Of a stretch of DNA of 54,818 nucleotides, positions 50,088-54,818 are shown piece after piece; the first letter of the stretch is position 1; each line of letters opens with the position of its first letter. A model generated the notes under the pieces. That model worked only from the letters and a program-made list of their open reading frames with translations, had not been told where the DNA came from and did no database searches. The stretch is from Nocardioidaceae bacterium (GTDB lineage Bacteria; Actinomycetota; Actinomycetes; Propionibacteriales; Nocardioidaceae). The stretch covers positions 1 through 54,818 of the forward strand of contig JACCYJ010000093.1 of assembly GCA_013696555.1 (NCBI GenBank), in the 5' to 3' direction. The position numbers and the translations under genes were made by a program.

Positions 50088-51439
50088 GTCAGCGCCGCCA
50101 GCGCGGTCTCGATCGCACGGTGAAAGGTCGGGTACGCCCACATCGAGTGACGCAGTGTCGCGACCGGCACTTCGGCACGGACCGCCACCGCAAGGGCGCC
50201 GAGGATCTCGCCACCGTACGGGCCGGCGCTCGTGGCCCCGACGAGCACACCGCGGTCGATGTCCTCGACCACCTTGATGAAGCCGTCGTTGCCAGGACCG
50301 TGCACATGGCCGCGGGCGGCTTCCGGAAGCGGCGCCGTCCCGGTGCGCACGGACAGCCCCGCCGTCTTGGCTTGTTTCTCGGTTATGCCGACGGCACCGA
50401 CTTCGGGATCGGTGAACGTGACCCGTGGCAGAGCGGCGTAGTCGGCCCCCGGACCCTCCTCGCCGAGGATGTCTCGGGTCGCGATGGCCGCCTGATACAT
50501 GGACACATGCGTGAAGGCCCCCTTGCCGGTGACGTCACCGATTGCCCAGATGCCGTCGGTGACCCGTAAGTGGTCGTCGACTTCGAGAAACCGCTCCGAC
50601 GCATCAACGCCCACTGAGTCGAGCCCGAGATCTTTCAACCGTGCACTGCGTCCGGTGGCCACCAGCAGCGTGTCGCCATGCAGCTCGTCACCCCCGTCGA
50701 GGGTCAGCGTAAACGTGCCATCTTCGTGCGCCACCGACGTGGTGTTGGCATCGCTGACCACCCGGATGTTTTCTCGCTCGAACACCTCCGCCAGCAGGCG
50801 ACCAGCCTCCGGTTCCTCGACCGCCAACAAATTCGGCCCGTTCTCGATCACCGTGACCTTGCTGCCGAACCGGGCGTACAGCTGCGCCAGCTCGACACCG
50901 ATCGCGCCGCCACCGAGCACGACGAGCGACCGGGGCACCGTACGCGCCTCGATCGCCTCCCGGTTGGTCCAGTACGGCACGTCGGCCAGCCCGGGTATGG
51001 GTGGGATCGCCGCAGACGTACCGGGGTTGAGCACGATGGCGCGACCCGCGTCGAAGCTCTCCCCGTCGACACTGACCCGGCCGGGGCCGGTGATGGTGCC
51101 GACGCCCTTGACCACCCTGCAACCGCGGCCCTCCAGCCGCTCGACAGCCGCGGTGTCGTCCCAATCGGCTGTGAGCTCTCGCACTCGCTTCGCGACCGGT
51201 CCCCAGTCGGCTTGGACTTGCGCACTGCCGGCCAGGTCACGGACGCGCCGCGCCTCGGCCAGGACATCGCCCGAGCGAATCATGGCTTTCGACGGGATGC
51301 ATCCCCAGTAGGGGCACTCGCCCCCGACGAGTTGCCGCTCCACCGCGACCACATCGAGTCCAGCGTCGCCGAGCCGCCCGGCCAAGTCTTCGCCACCGGG
51401 GCCAAGGCCAATCACGACGGCGTCAACGGACGTCGCCAT
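50084..51439 (-). CDS. Pyridine nucleotide-disulfide oxidoreductase (Lpd/MerA-like family)
   Basis: IGLGPGG, GGECPYWGCIPSK, GGGAIGVELA, AIGDVTG; C-terminal AYPTF rather than the Lpd HPTxxE motif. Confidence 0.88.
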   Translation of the reverse strand: MATSVDAVVIGLGPGGEDLAGRLGDAGLDVVAVERQLVGGECPYWGCIPSKAMIRSGDVLAEARRVRDLAGSAQVQADWGPVAKRVRELTADWDDTAAVERLEGRGCRVVKGVGTITGPGRVSVDGESFDAGRAIVLNPGTSAAIPPIPGLADVPYWTNREAIEARTVPRSLVVLGGGAIGVELAQLYARFGSKVTVIENGPNLLAVEEPEAGRLLAEVFERENIRVVSDANTTSVAHEDGTFTLTLDGGDELHGDTLLVATGRSARLKDLGLDSVGVDASERFLEVDDHLRVTDGIWAIGDVTGKGAFTHVSMYQAAIATRDILGEEGPGADYAALPRVTFTDPEVGAVGITEKQAKTAGLSVRTGTAPLPEAARGHVHGPGNDGFIKVVEDIDRGVLVGATSAGPYGGEILGALAVAVRAEVPVATLRHSMWAYPTFHRAIETALAALT

Positions 51440-51440
51440 G

Positions 51441-54233
51441 TCAGAGCTTCAGCCCGACGTACTTCGTCTCCAGGTACTCCTCGATGCCTTCGGCCCCACC
51501 CTCGCGGCCGAAGCCGCTCGCCTTGACCCCACCGAACGGCGCCGACGGGTTGGAGACGATGCCCTGATTGAGTCCGACCATGCCGGTCTCGAGTCGCTCC
51601 GCGACATTCAAAGCGCGCGAGACGTCACGGGTGAAGGCATAGGCGACCAGACCAAACTCGGTGTCGTTGGCCATGGCGACCGCTTCGTCGTCGTCGGCGA
51701 ACGTGAACACAGGAGCCACCGGTCCGAAGATCTCCTCCCGGAACATTCGGGCTCTCGGCGGCACGTCGGAGAGCACCGTGGGGGTGTAGAACCAGCCGGT
51801 ACGATCCGGCGCGCTCCCGCCTGTGGCGACGGTTGCGCCGGCCTCGACTGCGTCATCGACCAGCTCACCGACCTTGTCGCGCTGCTTTTCCTCCACGAGT
51901 GGACCGACGTCGACGCCGTCATCGGTGCCGCGGCCCACACGGAGGTCGGACATCCGCTGCGCCAGCTTGGTAGTGAACTCATCGGCGAGCGATTCGTGCA
52001 CGAGGAAGCGGTTGGCCGCGGTGCACGCCTCACCGACGTTGCGCATCTTGGCGAGCATGGCGCCCTCAACGGCGGCGTCGACGTCAGCGTCGGCGAAGAC
52101 CAGGAACGGTGCGTTGCCGCCGAGCTCCATCGAGACCCGAAGCAGTCCTTGAGCCGATTGCGCTACCAACGTGCGGCCCACCTCGGTCGAGCCGGTGAAC
52201 GTCAGCTTGCGCAGTCGCGGGTCGCGGATCAGCGGCTCCATCACCTTCCCGGTCGACGAGGTGGTGAGGACGTTGAGTACACCGGGTGGCAGACCGGCCT
52301 GCGTGAGGATGTCGGCGAGCGCCAGCATGCTCAACGGTGTAAGGGCTGCCGGTTTGATCACCATGGTGCAGCCGGCCGCAACGGCGGGACCGATCTTGCG
52401 GGTCCCCATCGCCAGTGGGAAGTTCCAGGGGGTGATCATCAGGCACGGGCCGACTGGCTGCTTCATCGTCAGCAACCGAGTCGCTCCGTTAGGGGCCACA
52501 GAGTAGCGCCCCGCGATGCGTACCGCCTCTTCGGAGAACCACCGGAAGAACTCCGCACCGTAGGTGATCTCGGACTTGGACTCCTTGAGCGGTTTGCCCA
52601 TCTCCAGGGTCATGAGCAGCGCCAGGTCATCGGCACGCTCGGTGATGAGCTCGTACGCGCGACGCAGGATCTCACCGCGGTCGCGCGGGGGAGTGGCCGC
52701 CCATGTTGGTGCTGCAGCCACGGCAGCGTCCAGCGCAGCGGTGCCGTCGGCGACACTTGCATCGGCCACCTCGGCGATCACCTCGGTCGTCGCGGGGTCC
52801 TCGACACTCAGCTGCCGGCCGTCCTCGGCCGATCGCCAGTCACCGCCGATGAAGAGCCCGGTGGGGACGGCGTCGACCACCTTCGCCTCGTGACCGTCCA
52901 ACCCGGCGAGGGCGCCCATGGGGTCCCAGGCTGGCAACACGATCGGCTCGACGTCGAGCGCTGCCTGCAGCTCCTCGGACAGCACGTCGCGGCTAACCGC
53001 GATCTCGAAGACGTGCTCACCGAACCAGCTGTCGTTCATCGTCCAGTAGCCCTTGTCGGCCTTCTCGTCGCCCCAGCTGTTCTCGACGCGCCAACGGCGG
53101 GCGAGCCCATCGACGACGTCGACGCCGGTGAAGAGCATGGCGTGGGTCATCAGCGTCTCGTGGTGCACGAGCCGCTCGGCCTTCGTCATGGACAGATCGG
53201 CGTCATACACAGCGCTGTAGTCGTAGAGGCCGGCATCCCATAAACCCAACTCGAGGTTGGACATCTTGTCGGTGTCGCAGCCGAACCAGACCGGCTCCCC
53301 GCCGGTGATCGCATCACGCGCCAGCGATTTCATCAGATCCATCTCGACGTTGAGATAGACCACGGGAGGCGCACCGACGACGTTGCCGAGGTACTCCACG
53401 GTGTACGTCTGCCCGACTCTGCTGCTCGCGCGTGGGTCGTGGACGATGCACACGTAGTCGTCGAGCGGGATCGTGATGTAGCGCTCGGCGAACTCCTGCG
53501 GGGTCAGCTCGCCGTCACGGTGAAAGCCACGGTCCTTGTCCATCCACTGCCACCAGAACCGCTCCGGCGGGGTGCCGAGGTGGATGGCGAGAATGCGGTA
53601 CACCGCGGCCACCGCTTCGGACTTCGCCTCCCGCAGCTGCTCGGCGTCCTCGCCGGCGGCGGCGCGGGCGCGCAGATCGCGAGCGGCACGGCGCAACACC
53701 CGCCCCAGCCCGCGATTCATCCGGTGGGTCTCTGCCGACGACTGGGTCTCGGGCATCGCGACCTTGGGCACCAGGCCGTGCTTACGTACCAGGGCGACAA
53801 ACATGTTCCACTGCCCACCGTCGTCGGTAGGTGCATTGAGCAAGTGCGCCACGGTGCGGTCGTCGACATCGCGTTCTGCGGTCTCGATCATGGCCTCGAG
53901 CCAGTGGTTGGCCTTCTCGAGCTTGTCCCAGAACAGCAGATAGTTCTGGCTGAACTCGAAGTCCTTGAGGCCCATGCGTTGGGCAGCACCCACCCGGAGC
54001 AGGTTGAGTCCGGCGAAAAGCCAACACCGGCCACTCTTCTTCTGGTTGGTGACCCCCCAGTCGTCAAGCAGGTGTGAGACCGAGTGATCGATCGATGTCA
54101 CGACAGCGCGATCGAGAGCCACGTCGTCGATCGACGTCTTGGTGACGGCGTTCTGTGCCAGCCGATAGGCCGGGTTCGCCGCGAACTCCTTGGCGAATCT
54201 CTCGAGCTCGGGGCTGCTCAGAGCACGTTCCAT
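51441..54233 (-). CDS. Fusion: aminopeptidase C/bleomycin hydrolase (C1B, aa 1-443) + NAD(P)-dependent succinate-semialdehyde dehydrogenase (aa ~445-930)
   Basis: PepC: NQKKSGRCWLFA, THAM, VENSWG, WDPMGALA. ALDH: ITPWNFP, FTGSTEVG, MELGGNAP, NVGEACTA, EEIFGP, GFGREG. No stop codon at the junction. Confidence 0.9.
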   Translation of the reverse strand: MERALSSPELERFAKEFAANPAYRLAQNAVTKTSIDDVALDRAVVTSIDHSVSHLLDDWGVTNQKKSGRCWLFAGLNLLRVGAAQRMGLKDFEFSQNYLLFWDKLEKANHWLEAMIETAERDVDDRTVAHLLNAPTDDGGQWNMFVALVRKHGLVPKVAMPETQSSAETHRMNRGLGRVLRRAARDLRARAAAGEDAEQLREAKSEAVAAVYRILAIHLGTPPERFWWQWMDKDRGFHRDGELTPQEFAERYITIPLDDYVCIVHDPRASSRVGQTYTVEYLGNVVGAPPVVYLNVEMDLMKSLARDAITGGEPVWFGCDTDKMSNLELGLWDAGLYDYSAVYDADLSMTKAERLVHHETLMTHAMLFTGVDVVDGLARRWRVENSWGDEKADKGYWTMNDSWFGEHVFEIAVSRDVLSEELQAALDVEPIVLPAWDPMGALAGLDGHEAKVVDAVPTGLFIGGDWRSAEDGRQLSVEDPATTEVIAEVADASVADGTAALDAAVAAAPTWAATPPRDRGEILRRAYELITERADDLALLMTLEMGKPLKESKSEITYGAEFFRWFSEEAVRIAGRYSVAPNGATRLLTMKQPVGPCLMITPWNFPLAMGTRKIGPAVAAGCTMVIKPAALTPLSMLALADILTQAGLPPGVLNVLTTSSTGKVMEPLIRDPRLRKLTFTGSTEVGRTLVAQSAQGLLRVSMELGGNAPFLVFADADVDAAVEGAMLAKMRNVGEACTAANRFLVHESLADEFTTKLAQRMSDLRVGRGTDDGVDVGPLVEEKQRDKVGELVDDAVEAGATVATGGSAPDRTGWFYTPTVLSDVPPRARMFREEIFGPVAPVFTFADDDEAVAMANDTEFGLVAYAFTRDVSRALNVAERLETGMVGLNQGIVSNPSAPFGGVKASGFGREGGAEGIEEYLETKYVGLKL

Positions 54234-54360
54234 TCAAGGCCTCCGGACGTCTGGACGGTCAACTCGCTGAGCGTACGCCAGAGCCACGATCGGCCGACGG
54301 AGAGTGGCCGGTAGTGGTTTGTCCGCAACTTGTGCACAGCGCCGGTGTGAGTACTCCCGT

Positions 54361-54397
54361 TGTCAGTGGGTGGGCATAGAATCGTACACATGTTCGA
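54361..54397 (+). promoter_or_regulatory. RecA-NDp (PafBC) promoter with overlapping LexA/SOS box
   Basis: TGTCAG-TGGGTGGGCA-TAGAAT (54361-54382); TCGTACACATGTTCGA (54382-54397), one mismatch from TCGAAC-N4-GTTCGA, spanning the ATG. Confidence 0.8.
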
Positions 54398-54818
54398 TCT
54401 TATGCGGGACGCAGGCGAGCTGTTCGGTGGCGCTGAACTGCCGAGGACGGCGGAGTCGCAGATTGAGCGGATTGCGGCGTGGGAGCGGGTGATCGCGCAC
54501 GCGCATGCCCAGCAGGCGCGGGTGATCGCCGGTTTCGTGTCCCGACGTGCCGCCGAGGACCGGGCTGCCGGAGTGTGCTCGTCTGATGCGGGTAAGTACG
54601 CGGCGGAGGAGGTTGCGTTGGCCCGCCGGGTCTCGCCGACGTCGGCGGGGCATCAGATCGAGTTTGCGCAGGGGCTGGTTGCGCATCATCCGGCGACGTT
54701 GGCGGCGATGCTGGACGGGGCGATCAGCATGCCCGCGGCCCGAACCGTGGTGTCTGAGTGTGAGGTGCTGGATCCGGTGGCTCGCCGAGTCGTTGACGCT
54801 GCCATCGCACTTGAGGCG
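54390..54818 (+). CDS. DUF222 / 13E12-repeat family protein (usually with a C-terminal HNH), 3' truncated by window edge
   Basis: MFDLMRDAGELF...IAAWERVIAHAHAQQARVIA...AAEEVALARRVSPTSAG..I.FAQGLV..HPATLAAMLDGAIS...A; frame open to the end of the window. Confidence 0.82.
   Translation, partial: MFDLMRDAGELFGGAELPRTAESQIERIAAWERVIAHAHAQQARVIAGFVSRRAAEDRAAGVCSSDAGKYAAEEVALARRVSPTSAGHQIEFAQGLVAHHPATLAAMLDGAISMPAARTVVSECEVLDPVARRVVDAAIALEA

Overview
High-GC actinobacterial chromosomal segment with about 40 genes. No rRNA, tRNA, CRISPR array or intact mobile element was seen. In order it holds: two convergent class III cyclase-STAND ATPase-TPR genes with an IS256 remnant between them; a GNAT; a DNA-repair/nuclease cluster (recC-recB-recD, an RHH antitoxin remnant, an HTH protein with homing-endonuclease-associated repeats, a DinB2-type Pol IV, Uma2, and an ERCC4-Lsr2 fusion); envelope and metabolic genes (lytic transglycosylase, GH65 plus beta-PGM, VIT1, sthA, FGGY kinase, arcC, an Fe3+-type ABC transporter); an RCC1-PepSY / two-component module; an acyl-ACP desaturase; DUF72; an SDR plus QueA-like pair behind a SoxR/MerR-type promoter; a hypA/DUF6390 deletion scar; an operon headed by an in-frame aminopeptidase C (bleomycin hydrolase)-succinate semialdehyde dehydrogenase fusion; and the 5' part of a DUF222/HNH gene. 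The most notable observations are the PepC-GabD fusion, a shared tandem-repeat promoter motif linking the two-component system to a secreted-protein gene 19 kb away, four copies of a 64-bp hairpin-forming repeat, and PafBC/LexA DNA-damage promoters. All calls come from reading motifs by eye; no database searches were run.
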